DNA of 64,000 bases, from positions 150,902 to 214,901 of the forward strand of contig CAUPPG010000001.1 of the NCBI GenBank assembly GCA_963513255.1. Reading direction: 5' to 3'. A model generated the notes under the pieces. The model made no database searches and was not told the origin of the DNA. It saw only the letters and a program-made list of their open reading frames with translations. Source of the DNA: an uncultured Flavobacterium sp. GTDB lineage: Bacteria > Bacteroidota > Bacteroidia > Flavobacteriales > Flavobacteriaceae. A program made the position numbers and the translations under genes. Shown piece after piece: positions 31,218 to 40,350 of this stretch. Position 1 is the stretch's first letter. Each line of letters begins with the position of its first letter.

Positions 31218-32372
31218 ATGTTTTTTTCGGATAGACGCAATACCACGCGCTGGTTCATCATCTTGGCTTCTTTTTGTATTATTTTATTAATACTTTGGAA
31301 TACGTACACCTTTTTTCAAATATTCAAAAATGAGGAGCGTTTAAAAATGAATCTTTGGGCGAAGGCTCAAAAAACATTAATTAATGCAGATGCTAATACG
31401 GATGTGGAATTGCCTCTTCAAATTTTCAGTACCAATTCGTCTATTCCAATTATTCTGACGGAGAACAACAAGATCATTAATACGGTGAATATTGATGATA
31501 AAATCATCGCAAGTACGACAGAATCGGCTCGTTTTTTAGCCAATCTTAAAAATGAAAACGACCCCATTGTCATTGAATATGCGCCTGGCAAGTTTCAAAA
31601 GTTGTATTACGGGAATTCGGCTTTGTTGAACAAATTAAAATATTATCCTATTGCTTTAGTATTGATTATTGTATTGTTTGCTGCCTTAGTGTATAATTTT
31701 TACCGAAGTACCAAAATGGCTACTCAAAATAAACTTTGGGCAGGAATGGCAAAAGAAACCGCGCACCAAATAGGAACGCCTCTTTCGTCTTTAATAGGTT
31801 GGATTGAGCTGCTGAAAGCCGAAAATGTAGCGGAATCAACGACTCTCGAAATCGAAAAAGATATTGAGCGATTGCAAACCATTACCGACCGTTTTTCTAA
31901 AATTGGGTCGGAACCCAAATTAGAAAACCAAGATATTGTCGCAGCAACGCAAGCAACCTTTGATTATTTACAGTCTCGTTTTTCAAAACAAGTCGTGTTT
32001 TCTTTTCAGGCGCCTGAGTTGCCTGTTTTTGTTTTGTTCAATGCTACTTTGCACAGTTGGACCATTGAAAATTTAGTTAAAAATGCCATTGATGCTATGA
32101 AAGGAAAGGGTAATTTAGATTTGGTTATTGAACAAGAAGGAGGTTTAGTAAAAATTAAGGTTTCAGATACGGGAAATGGGATTCCTAAAAAACAATTCAA
32201 AACGATATTTGAACCAGGCTTTACTACTAAAAAAAGGGGCTGGGGTCTAGGGCTATCGTTGACCAAAAGAATTGTGGAAGAATACCATAAAGGGCTTATT
32301 AAAGTAGTTCAGTCAGATATAGGAAAAGGAACTACTATACAATTGAGTTATAAAAAAAGCGAATCCGTTTAG
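31218..32372 (+). CDS. Sensor histidine kinase (no adjacent response regulator)
   Basis: Two TMs, ETAHQIGTPLS H-box, ENLVKNAIDA N-box, DTGNG, FEPGFTTK..GLGLS. Confidence 0.92.
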   Translation: MFFSDRRNTTRWFIILASFCIILLILWNTYTFFQIFKNEERLKMNLWAKAQKTLINADANTDVELPLQIFSTNSSIPIILTENNKIINTVNIDDKIIASTTESARFLANLKNENDPIVIEYAPGKFQKLYYGNSALLNKLKYYPIALVLIIVLFAALVYNFYRSTKMATQNKLWAGMAKETAHQIGTPLSSLIGWIELLKAENVAESTTLEIEKDIERLQTITDRFSKIGSEPKLENQDIVAATQATFDYLQSRFSKQVVFSFQAPELPVFVLFNATLHSWTIENLVKNAIDAMKGKGNLDLVIEQEGGLVKIKVSDTGNGIPKKQFKTIFEPGFTTKKRGWGLGLSLTKRIVEEYHKGLIKVVQSDIGKGTTIQLSYKKSESV

Positions 32373-32393
32373 ATTGATTCGCTTTTTTATTTT

Positions 32394-32783
32394 TTACAAA
32401 TTACGCTGAATTTCTTTGGCTAAAGCCTCAAATTCATCTTTGTTCATGGTGATTTTGTTTTGGAAACGCATTTCGTCCATTTCGTTTAACGGTATCAAAT
32501 GAATGTGTGCGTGAGGTACTTCTAGACCTATAGCAGCCATACCGATGCGTTTGCAAGGCACTGTTTTTTGTAATGCAGCAGCTATTTTTTTAGAAAATTG
32601 CATCAAACCTAAATACAACTCATCATCTATTTCAAAAAGTTGGTCAATTTCTTGTTTTGGAATACACAGCGTATGCCCTTTAGCATTGGGATTGACATCC
32701 AAAAAAGCTAAAAAATTAGCGTCCTCCGCAATTGTATAACAAGGAATTTCTCCGTTTACAATTTTGGTAAAAATAGAACTCAT
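32394..32783 (-). CDS. HIT family protein
   Basis: SIFTKIVNGEIP, VPHAHIHLIP histidine triad. Confidence 0.92.
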   Translation of the reverse strand: MSSIFTKIVNGEIPCYTIAEDANFLAFLDVNPNAKGHTLCIPKQEIDQLFEIDDELYLGLMQFSKKIAAALQKTVPCKRIGMAAIGLEVPHAHIHLIPLNEMDEMRFQNKITMNKDEFEALAKEIQRNL

Positions 32784-32800
32784 AGTATTCAATTTTTGAT

Positions 32801-33277
32801 TTAGTCTCTTGTAATTTCTAAGATGTCAAATTTCAAAACACCATTAGGAACAGTAATTTCAGCTACTTCTCCTACCGATTTTCCTAATAATCCTTTTCCG
32901 ATAGGAGAGGTTACAGAGATTTTCCCTGTTTTTAAATCGGCTTCACTTTCGGCTACCAAAGTGTAAATCATTTCCATTCCGTTAGTTTGGTTTTTGATTT
33001 TTACTTTAGACAACACTAATACTTTAGAAGTATCTAAATGAGTTTCGTCTATCAAACGGGCGTTAGAATGAATTTCTTCAAGTTTAGCAATACGCATTTC
33101 TAGCATACCTTGTGCTTCTTTGGCCGCGTCGTATTCGGCATTTTCAGATAAATCTCCTTTATCTCTTGCATCAGCAATATCTTGAGATGCTTTTGGGCGC
33201 ATCACATTTTTTAAATAATCTAGTTCTTCTCGTAATTTTTTTAATCCTTCTGCGGTGTAATAAGATACTGTGCTCAT
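32801..33277 (-). CDS. greA: Transcription elongation factor GreA
   Basis: GDLSENAEYDAAKE, ISVTSPIGKGLLG. Start at ATG 33277 (MSTVSYYT). Confidence 0.96.
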   Translation of the reverse strand: MSTVSYYTAEGLKKLREELDYLKNVMRPKASQDIADARDKGDLSENAEYDAAKEAQGMLEMRIAKLEEIHSNARLIDETHLDTSKVLVLSKVKIKNQTNGMEMIYTLVAESEADLKTGKISVTSPIGKGLLGKSVGEVAEITVPNGVLKFDILEITRD

Positions 33278-33293
33278 AACTTCATTGTTTATA

Positions 33294-33341
33294 TAAAATA
33301 GAAAAAATCCCATCAGGACGGGATTTCTTTCCACAAAGATA
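33294..33341 (-). promoter_or_regulatory. greA promoter (-7 TATCTTTG) followed by a terminator-like leader hairpin
   Basis: Minus strand TATCTTTG tggaaag AAATCCCGT-CCTG-ATGGGATTT TTTCTATTTTT, upstream of the greA ATG. Confidence 0.65.
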
Positions 33342-33446
33342 CTATAATTTTAATTAGATTGTAACTATATTCGCTATGACAATCTATTTCAAATGTAAAT
33401 AAATTAAATTTGTTTCGCTAATTTGTAGCTACTAATTCTTAAAATA

Positions 33447-33860
33447 ATGAAAAAATCGGTATTGCTTTCTGTCCTTTTTTTGGTGTTTTTTTCTTGTTCA
33501 AATAGTGGACCTGTCAATACAAATCCTTTTATTCCTAATTATTCTTTTTCGGTGGATATCAATATGAATCTGCCATTGTACTCTAATCTTCAGTATCCGA
33601 GTAATGCGGTTTATTATGCAGGAAAAGGAGTGAAAGGACTTATCATTTTTAATACAGGAAGTGGTTACAATGTCTTTGATGCAGCTTGTCCGAATCAAAA
33701 TGTAAGTTCTTGCTCTACACTAACTATTAACGGAATTGAAGCGGTTTGTCCTTGTGATGGTAAAACCTATAGTTTGTTTTCTGGTCAAGGGAGTTTACAA
33801 TATCCTATGAAACAATACCGAGTAGATGTGAATGGGAATGTACTTCATATTTACAATTAA
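33447..33860 (+). CDS. Lipoprotein with degenerate Rieske-like fold
   Basis: Lipobox FFSC; DAACPNQ..CPCDGKTYSL..YPMKQYRV. Confidence 0.7.
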   Translation: MKKSVLLSVLFLVFFSCSNSGPVNTNPFIPNYSFSVDINMNLPLYSNLQYPSNAVYYAGKGVKGLIIFNTGSGYNVFDAACPNQNVSSCSTLTINGIEAVCPCDGKTYSLFSGQGSLQYPMKQYRVDVNGNVLHIYN

Positions 33861-33912
33861 AAAATCCTGACATTGCTGCCAGGATTTTTCCGAATTTATA
33901 ATATAAAGTAAT

Positions 33913-36051
33913 CTAGAATTGTAACGTTACTCCTGCTAGGAAATTAGTCCCAGCTTGTGGGTAATAATAAGGATATACATCCCACATATAGCCGTTTGAA
34001 ATGTATTTTTTATCGAAAACATTGTTTACTAATCCTTTGATTACAATTGATTTGAAAATTGATTTTGGTTTTATTTCGTATGAAACATTCAAATCATTGA
34101 TAAAATAATCGGCTAATTTAGATTCTGCCGACTCTATATTGTTCATGTATTGTTGCCCAACATATTTTTGTAGCCAAACTATTTGAATACTTTCGGTAGG
34201 TTTGTAAATGAAACTGTTTCCAGCAATTACAGATGGCGAATACGAGATATCTTTAGTTCCATAATTTTGTCCGCTTACCGCCAAATCTAAATTTTTATTA
34301 CTACTTAGGGTAATGTTAGGATGAAGACTAATCTGTTTCGATACTGCTATGGCAGCATCAACCTCTAAGCCTAATCGGTAACTTTTTTCACTGTTAGAAC
34401 GAATAGGGCTTCCAACATCGTCTAAGGTTCCAGTTAGAATCAATTGGTCTTTATAAGCCATATAATACACATTAGAATTCAATTGAATTTTTTCAGATAA
34501 ATACCTCCAGCCCAATTCAAAATCATTTAATTTTTCTGGTTTTACACTTCCTCCTCCTTCATAGTCTGTACGATTAGGCTCTCTATTCGCTCTTGCATAC
34601 GAAAAGTACAAGTTGTTTTTGGAGTTGATGGTGAAATTTACCCCTGCTTTTGGATTGAAAAAAGAGAAATTGTCATTCACTAAACCCGTTTCGTTTGAAT
34701 TGGCTTTGTAGTGCACATTTCGAACTTGTAAGTCTCCAAAAAGACTCCATTTTTCATTTACTTGGTAATTGGCTTTCGCGAAAGCGGTACCATCTGTTTT
34801 AGAAGCATAGTCGTCATAATAGTGGTCACCTAATTCTGATTGTGAAGCGTATCTTGCCCAAATTACTTTTCCAAAATGGTCGCCTTCGTATTTGTTGTAG
34901 CTTCCGCCAAAGATGAAATCCATTGTATCTGATTTGTAATTTGCCGAAAATGTAGTGCCATAAAAATCATTGTCCAACCATTTTTGACGAATTAAATCGG
35001 TGGTGTTGATGGTAGTTCCATTAATTGAAATAGGAGTTAATCCATAGCTCGAAAAATCAGCCTCTTCTTTATAGTTTTCATAATAGCCTTTTCCTTTGGT
35101 GTAATGAAATGCGAGGTTGGTATTCCAGTTACTAGAAACTTTTTCATTCCAATGCAATTGGTAGTGATCTTGTTGGTAATTGTCGGTTTCATTGTTGTAG
35201 TAACGTGTTTGACCTAATTCGTCAGTAAAAATACCTGCTGAATTAAAGGTTCTATTGTTTAACAAGGTTTCGCCGTCAATTCCGTTCCAAGATTGATAGG
35301 TTTTTTCTTTTCCTCCAAAAGCCAAGGCTTTGATTAATGTAGTTTTACCTACATAAGTTCCTTGTAAAAAGTAGGATTTTAAGTCAGAACTCGCTCGGTC
35401 AATATAGCCATCGGATTTCAGGGTAGAAACACGTCCTGCAATTTCAAAATGATTATTGAGTAAACCAGTGCTTAATTTCACCGTGTGTTTGTGGGTATTG
35501 AAACTTCCAAAAGAATTGGAGATTTCGCCAGATGCTTTTTCTGAATAGGAATCAGTTAACATATTTAAACTGGCTCCAAAGGCACCTGTGCCATTCGTTG
35601 AAGTTCCTACACCACGTTGCAATTGCACACTTTGAAGCGACGAAGCAAAATCGGGCATATTGACCCAATACGTCCCATGACTTTCTGAATCGTTGTACGG
35701 AATTCCGTTAATAGTTACGTTGACACGAGTTGCATCGCTTCCGCGAACGCGAATTCCGGTATAACCTACGCCATTTCCAGCATCAGAAGTAGTTACTACG
35801 GATGGCATGTAATTCATTAAAATAGGAATGTCTTGTCCTAAATTTCGTTTTTGAATTTCGTTTTTGGATAGGTTGCTAAAACTAACAGGAGTTTTAGAAG
35901 TTACTCGAATCGCCGATACTAATACTTCGTCGAGTTGATTTACTTGTGTTGTGTCTTTTGGTTTTTCTTGAGAAAATAGTGCCAAAGAGAACAAAAGGAA
36001 TGAGCTTAGAAACAGTTGTCTATGGCTCGTTTTGAATAATAAAAATTTCAT
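33913..36051 (-). CDS. TonB-dependent receptor, probable thiamine transporter
   Basis: Plug domain (SDAGNGVGYTGIRVRG, YWVNMPD), terminal Phe, and a TPP riboswitch upstream. Confidence 0.88.
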   Translation of the reverse strand: MKFLLFKTSHRQLFLSSFLLFSLALFSQEKPKDTTQVNQLDEVLVSAIRVTSKTPVSFSNLSKNEIQKRNLGQDIPILMNYMPSVVTTSDAGNGVGYTGIRVRGSDATRVNVTINGIPYNDSESHGTYWVNMPDFASSLQSVQLQRGVGTSTNGTGAFGASLNMLTDSYSEKASGEISNSFGSFNTHKHTVKLSTGLLNNHFEIAGRVSTLKSDGYIDRASSDLKSYFLQGTYVGKTTLIKALAFGGKEKTYQSWNGIDGETLLNNRTFNSAGIFTDELGQTRYYNNETDNYQQDHYQLHWNEKVSSNWNTNLAFHYTKGKGYYENYKEEADFSSYGLTPISINGTTINTTDLIRQKWLDNDFYGTTFSANYKSDTMDFIFGGSYNKYEGDHFGKVIWARYASQSELGDHYYDDYASKTDGTAFAKANYQVNEKWSLFGDLQVRNVHYKANSNETGLVNDNFSFFNPKAGVNFTINSKNNLYFSYARANREPNRTDYEGGGSVKPEKLNDFELGWRYLSEKIQLNSNVYYMAYKDQLILTGTLDDVGSPIRSNSEKSYRLGLEVDAAIAVSKQISLHPNITLSSNKNLDLAVSGQNYGTKDISYSPSVIAGNSFIYKPTESIQIVWLQKYVGQQYMNNIESAESKLADYFINDLNVSYEIKPKSIFKSIVIKGLVNNVFDKKYISNGYMWDVYPYYYPQAGTNFLAGVTLQF

Positions 36052-36151
36052 TCGTAAATAGATTACGAATAACAGGGGTAAATTATTCTTGGTTAAAAAA
36101 TTAAAATGGTTACTCTAGACTTCAAAATTAACGTGCACATTAATTGTTTTA

Positions 36152-36232
36152 GTCTGTTTTCCCTTAGCAGCATTACCTGCCCAGGTTCATTGGGTATAAT
36201 CTCAGCTCGTTATTTAGAGCACCCCGTGAGAC
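36152..36232 (-). ncRNA. TPP riboswitch
   Basis: Minus strand GGGGTGC..GCTGAGATTATACCC..GAACCTG..GTAATGCT..AGGGAA. The -7 box TATCTTTG lies at 36237-36244. Confidence 0.93.
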
Positions 36233-36299
36233 GAGGCAAAGATAGAAAATACAATTTCAATAGCAAGACAAATTAAAAATTAATAAACAAGGACTGAAG

Positions 36300-36330
36300 A
36301 GATTGCTTCATCGTGCCTCCTCGCAATGAC
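36300..36330 (-). repeat. REP-like palindromic element, family A copy 3
   Basis: Minus strand GTCATTGCGAGGAGGCACGATGAAGCAATCT. Confidence 0.78.
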
Positions 36331-36418
36331 AACAGTAATGCAGATTTAAGAAATTTAAAAAAAATCCGTGCAATTTGCGGAATTTGTGTTAAGTAATTCG
36401 CTTTCGCGTTGAAATAAT

Positions 36419-36823
36419 CTAATCTAAATCAGGTTTTCTGCGGGATTTTTTAATTTCACCCAAGTTCTTTTTGTCTTTTATTCTTTTTCGAATAGCTGCT
36501 TTTGGAACTTTAGTTGCTTTTCTTTCTTTGGGTACAAAAAGCCCTTTTTTGATAAGTTCCAAAAATCGTTTGATTACAATCTCCTTGTTTTTGAGTTGGC
36601 TTCGGTCTTCGTCGCAATTTAAAATTAAAACACCGTCGGTAGTTAGTCGGGAAGCTAAATTGGAGTAAATTAAAGTTTTTTCCTCCTCAGAAAAGGCTTG
36701 TGATTTTGGGATATCAAAGGTTAAAACTACTTTTGAAGCAACTTTATTTACGTTTTGACCACCCGCTCCACTACTGCGGACGGCTTTGAAAGTAAGTTCG
36801 GCCAAAAGTTGTTCTCTGTTCAT
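36419..36823 (-). CDS. arfB: Alternative ribosome rescue peptidyl-tRNA hydrolase ArfB
   Basis: RSSGAGGQNVNKV (GGQ), RSQLKNK, basic C-terminal tail. Confidence 0.94.
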   Translation of the reverse strand: MNREQLLAELTFKAVRSSGAGGQNVNKVASKVVLTFDIPKSQAFSEEEKTLIYSNLASRLTTDGVLILNCDEDRSQLKNKEIVIKRFLELIKKGLFVPKERKATKVPKAAIRKRIKDKKNLGEIKKSRRKPDLD

Positions 36824-36925
36824 TTTTTGTTTTTTTTCTGCCGCAAACCTGCCGCAGTTAGGGATACAAGGTTTTAAGGTTTTTTGCTTAATGATTCTTA
36901 AGCTCTTAAGGATTAAAATTAAGAA

Positions 36926-37555
36926 TTATTTACTTGTTTCTTTGAGGTACGTCTGAACAAATTCAAAAGAAGATTGGCCATTTTGTAGTGCTACCGTCAA
37001 ATCATCAATAATGGAAACTGCTTTTTTTAGGCGCAATTTTTTGTCTCCCGAAAGGGTGATAAAAGGTTTGTGATTATCAATTAATGATTGTTTGAAAACA
37101 CTAAAAACCGTTTCGCGTCCTTCAGGTTTGTCGCGCAAATCGTCTTTTTCCCAAGGTACATCAATATCGGTTAGAAAAAACAAATCGTATTCGTGTTCCC
37201 GTGCAGCTTCGTCTAAAGCAGGTTCGCAATAGTTGTAATACACTTCAGAAAAGACTTTGGTTACCATTAAATTAGTATCGCAAAAAAGATATTGATTGGC
37301 AGTTGCCGTCTTTTTATTTTCGAGCTGTGTTTGCCCGTAAGCTATAGGTAACATGTCATTTACATCGCAAATCGCTTGTTGCTTGTTCCATTTTTCTTGA
37401 AGGTAATCTCGTGCAAATTCAGGTACCCAATCGGTTTTGTAGTATTCGGCCAATTGTTTTGCCAAGGTGGTTTTTCCGGTACTTTCGGGCCCAAATAAAG
37501 CAATTTTTATGATTCTTTTTGCGCCTGTTGGGAGCTGTTTAAGGTTTTCTTCCAT
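36926..37555 (-). CDS. NadR-like AAA_28 kinase/ATPase
   Basis: GPESTGKTT Walker A, VPEFARDYL, DVPWEKDDLRD. Overlaps pnuC by 49 bp. Confidence 0.85.
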   Translation of the reverse strand: MEENLKQLPTGAKRIIKIALFGPESTGKTTLAKQLAEYYKTDWVPEFARDYLQEKWNKQQAICDVNDMLPIAYGQTQLENKKTATANQYLFCDTNLMVTKVFSEVYYNYCEPALDEAAREHEYDLFFLTDIDVPWEKDDLRDKPEGRETVFSVFKQSLIDNHKPFITLSGDKKLRLKKAVSIIDDLTVALQNGQSSFEFVQTYLKETSK

Positions 37556-38139
37556 TCTAAATAGCCGTAAACGGCAACAATTGTAAATACTATATATTGA
37601 AAACTAGTAAAAGTAAATCCCTTTGCAAAATACAACGGAATTGAAACCAAATCTCCAATAATCCAAAACACCCAATTTTCTATTTTGCGTTTGGCCATAA
37701 GCCACATACCAATAAAGAAAATTCCGGTGACAAATGTGTCCACATACGCATACCAAGTATTGAATTTGTTAAAATAGTGGTAGACAGCAACTACAAATGC
37801 GACCGTAAAGATAAAGATAAATAAAGAAATACGTTTTTCGTTAGTTGAAATAACTGAAATGGGAAATTCAATAACGTCTCCTTTTTTTCTAGTCCAGTGA
37901 TACCAGCCGTAAATACTCATCATAAAATAGTAGCCGTTAATCATCATATCGCCCCATAATGTCCATTTCCACAGCAGATACACATAAATTAAAGTGCTAA
38001 TTATTCCGGTAGGAAAAACTAGATTATCATCTTTCTTAGCATACCAAACACTCGCTATTCCTAATATCACGGCAATTAGTTCCAAAACAATATCATAGGT
38101 CTGGTAATCTTTATATTGTGAAAAGAAGAATTCTAACAT
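37507..38139 (-). CDS. pnuC: PnuC-family vitamin/nucleoside transporter
   Basis: MSIYGWYHW, WLMAKRKIENWVFWIIGD. Confidence 0.88.
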   Translation of the reverse strand: MLEFFFSQYKDYQTYDIVLELIAVILGIASVWYAKKDDNLVFPTGIISTLIYVYLLWKWTLWGDMMINGYYFMMSIYGWYHWTRKKGDVIEFPISVISTNEKRISLFIFIFTVAFVVAVYHYFNKFNTWYAYVDTFVTGIFFIGMWLMAKRKIENWVFWIIGDLVSIPLYFAKGFTFTSFQYIVFTIVAVYGYLEWKKTLNSSQQAQKES

Positions 38140-38141
38140 AA

Positions 38142-38801
38142 TTATTTTTCTTGAGTTGGAGTGTTATTTTCAAAGGCATACACTAACGTAAAATTAGTGT
38201 CGAGTTCCGAAAAGTGAATGGTAAATTTTTGGTTGGTACTGTTATAATTTAAATCGGCTAAGGTTTGTGTTTCATTCAATTCGAAAGGAGCTACTTGAAT
38301 ATGGTCCTTAAAGCTGATTCCTTTTTCGTTTCTAATTTTGAAAATAGCTTCTTTAGCACCCCATTTTACGGTTAATTTTTTAATGTAGTCGTTGGTATCC
38401 ATTTTTTGCAGACGTTCGAGTTCTTCATCATTGACAAATTTATGGGCGATTTTCAGAATTTTTTCGCGTTGCATTTCGATGTCGATGCCAACGGTTTCGT
38501 TACTCAAAATAATGGCCGAAAAGTGATGGGAATGGGTGATGGAAACGTATTTTTTATCCATTAGATGCGGTTTGCCAAATTCATCATAATACAAATCAAA
38601 ATCCGAATAACCTGCTAGTGCTAATAATTTCCGAATACTTAGAAAAGCTCGTTGGTGCATTTCAGATTTCATTCCGTTGAGGCGCAATTGATTTTTTTCG
38701 TTCAATTGGACTTCTTGGTTCAATTGTTCAAACGATTCGGTGATGTTCCAAATCAGGATTTGTGTGTTGGAATTGTGCTGAATGGTTTTATACAATGGCA
38801 T
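38142..38801 (-). CDS. 4'-phosphopantetheinyl transferase family protein
   Basis: GKPHL, SITHSH, VGIDIE, WGAKEAIFK. Start at ATG 38801 (MPLYK). Confidence 0.88.
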   Translation of the reverse strand: MPLYKTIQHNSNTQILIWNITESFEQLNQEVQLNEKNQLRLNGMKSEMHQRAFLSIRKLLALAGYSDFDLYYDEFGKPHLMDKKYVSITHSHHFSAIILSNETVGIDIEMQREKILKIAHKFVNDEELERLQKMDTNDYIKKLTVKWGAKEAIFKIRNEKGISFKDHIQVAPFELNETQTLADLNYNSTNQKFTIHFSELDTNFTLVYAFENNTPTQEK

Positions 38802-38816
38802 ACCGAAAACGTGTTT

Positions 38817-38891
38817 TAGCCCCGACAGTAGTGACATCCTTTACTGCCAGTTTTTGGTAGTAAAGATAAAGCGAATGGCGGGAATAGCTCC
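38817..38891 (+). repeat. ~75-bp structured dispersed repeat, copy 2
   Basis: TAGCCCCGACAGTAGTGACATCC-hairpin-GATAAAGCGAATGGCGGGAATAGCTCC; aligns with the reverse complement of 2471-2548. Confidence 0.75.
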
Positions 38892-39033
38892 AAAAAGAAA
38901 TGAATTTCAATTATTTTATTGATTTTTAAAAGATTAGCACCCTAAACAATTCATAAATGTAGGGGAATGTTTTTAAAATCATAAGTTATTATGTAATTTT
39001 GCAAAAATTTTTACAACAACAAATATACTATAA

Positions 39034-40350
39034 ATGAGTACAGCAACGACGCCTTATGTGGCTTACAAAGTAAAAGACATTTCTCTAGCGGCTTGGGGAA
39101 GAAAAGAAATTGAATTAGCAGAAGCTGAAATGCCAGGATTGATGGCACTTCGTGCAGAATATAAAGACGAACAACCTTTGAAAGGGGCTCGTATTGCAGG
39201 ATGTTTGCACATGACAATTCAAACTGCGGTTTTGATTGAGACTTTAATTGCTTTGGGAGCTGAGGTAACTTGGTCTTCTTGTAATATTTTCTCTACTCAA
39301 GATCAGGCTGCTGCTGCCATTGCTGCTGCTGGAATTCAAGTGTATGCTTGGAAAGGTTTGAACGAAGTAGATTTTGATTGGTGTATTGAGCAAACCTTAT
39401 TCTTTGGTGAAGACAAAAAACCATTGAACATGATTTTGGACGATGGTGGAGATTTAACTAATATGGTTATTGACCGTTTTCCTGAATTAGTTCCTGGAAT
39501 TAAAGGATTGTCTGAAGAAACGACTACTGGAGTACACAGATTGTATGAAAGAGTAAAAGCAGGAACATTACCAATGCCGGCGATTAACGTAAATGATTCG
39601 GTTACAAAATCGAAATTTGACAACAAATACGGATGTAAAGAATCAGCTGTAGATGCAGTAAGAAGAGCTACTGATATTATGTTGGCTGGAAAAAGAGTAA
39701 TTGTTTGTGGATACGGTGACGTAGGTAAAGGAACAGCTGCTTCTTTTAGAGGTGCAGGTTCTATTGTAACGGTAACTGAAATCGATCCAATTTGTGCTTT
39801 ACAAGCGGCAATGGACGGTTTTGAAGTAAAAAAATTAGATACAGTTATTGCAACTGCTGATATTATCATTACTACTACTGGAAATAAAGATATTGTTTTA
39901 GGTTCTCACTTTGAGAAAATGAAAGATAAAACGATTGTATGTAACATCGGGCACTTTGACAATGAAATTGATATGGCTTGGTTGAATAAAAACTTCGGTC
40001 ATACTAAAAACGAAGTGAAACCTCAAGTAGATATCTACAACGTAAACGGAAAAGATATTATCATCTTGGCTGAAGGTCGTTTAGTAAATCTTGGTTGTGC
40101 TACAGGTCACCCAAGTTTTGTGATGAGTAATTCATTTACGAATCAAACATTGGCACAAATTGAATTGTGGAAAAACAGTGCAGCTTACAACAATGAAGTG
40201 TACATGTTACCGAAACATTTGGATGAAAAAGTAGCGGCTTTACACTTAGCTAAATTAGGGGTTGAATTAGAAACACTACGTCCGGATCAAGCTGCTTATA
40301 TTGGAGTTGAGGTTCAAGGGCCATTCAAACCAGAATACTACAGATACTAA
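39034..40350 (+). CDS. ahcY: Adenosylhomocysteinase
   Basis: [36 protein letters not shown]. Confidence 0.97.
   Translation: MSTATTPYVAYKVKDISLAAWGRKEIELAEAEMPGLMALRAEYKDEQPLKGARIAGCLHMTIQTAVLIETLIALGAEVTWSSCNIFSTQDQAAAAIAAAGIQVYAWKGLNEVDFDWCIEQTLFFGEDKKPLNMILDDGGDLTNMVIDRFPELVPGIKGLSEETTTGVHRLYERVKAGTLPMPAINVNDSVTKSKFDNKYGCKESAVDAVRRATDIMLAGKRVIVCGYGDVGKGTAASFRGAGSIVTVTEIDPICALQAAMDGFEVKKLDTVIATADIIITTTGNKDIVLGSHFEKMKDKTIVCNIGHFDNEIDMAWLNKNFGHTKNEVKPQVDIYNVNGKDIIILAEGRLVNLGCATGHPSFVMSNSFTNQTLAQIELWKNSAAYNNEVYMLPKHLDEKVAALHLAKLGVELETLRPDQAAYIGVEVQGPFKPEYYRY

Noticed and set aside
36331-36410. GCAGATTT / AATTTGCG-like degenerate motifs here and at about 27791-27812
   Set aside because: Possibly decayed REP-like sequence, but too degenerate to define a unit from this window.
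38892-39033. SAH/SAM riboswitch upstream of ahcY
   Set aside because: No recognisable aptamer consensus. The -7 box (TAATTTTG, 38994-39001) leaves only a ~30-nt A-rich leader.
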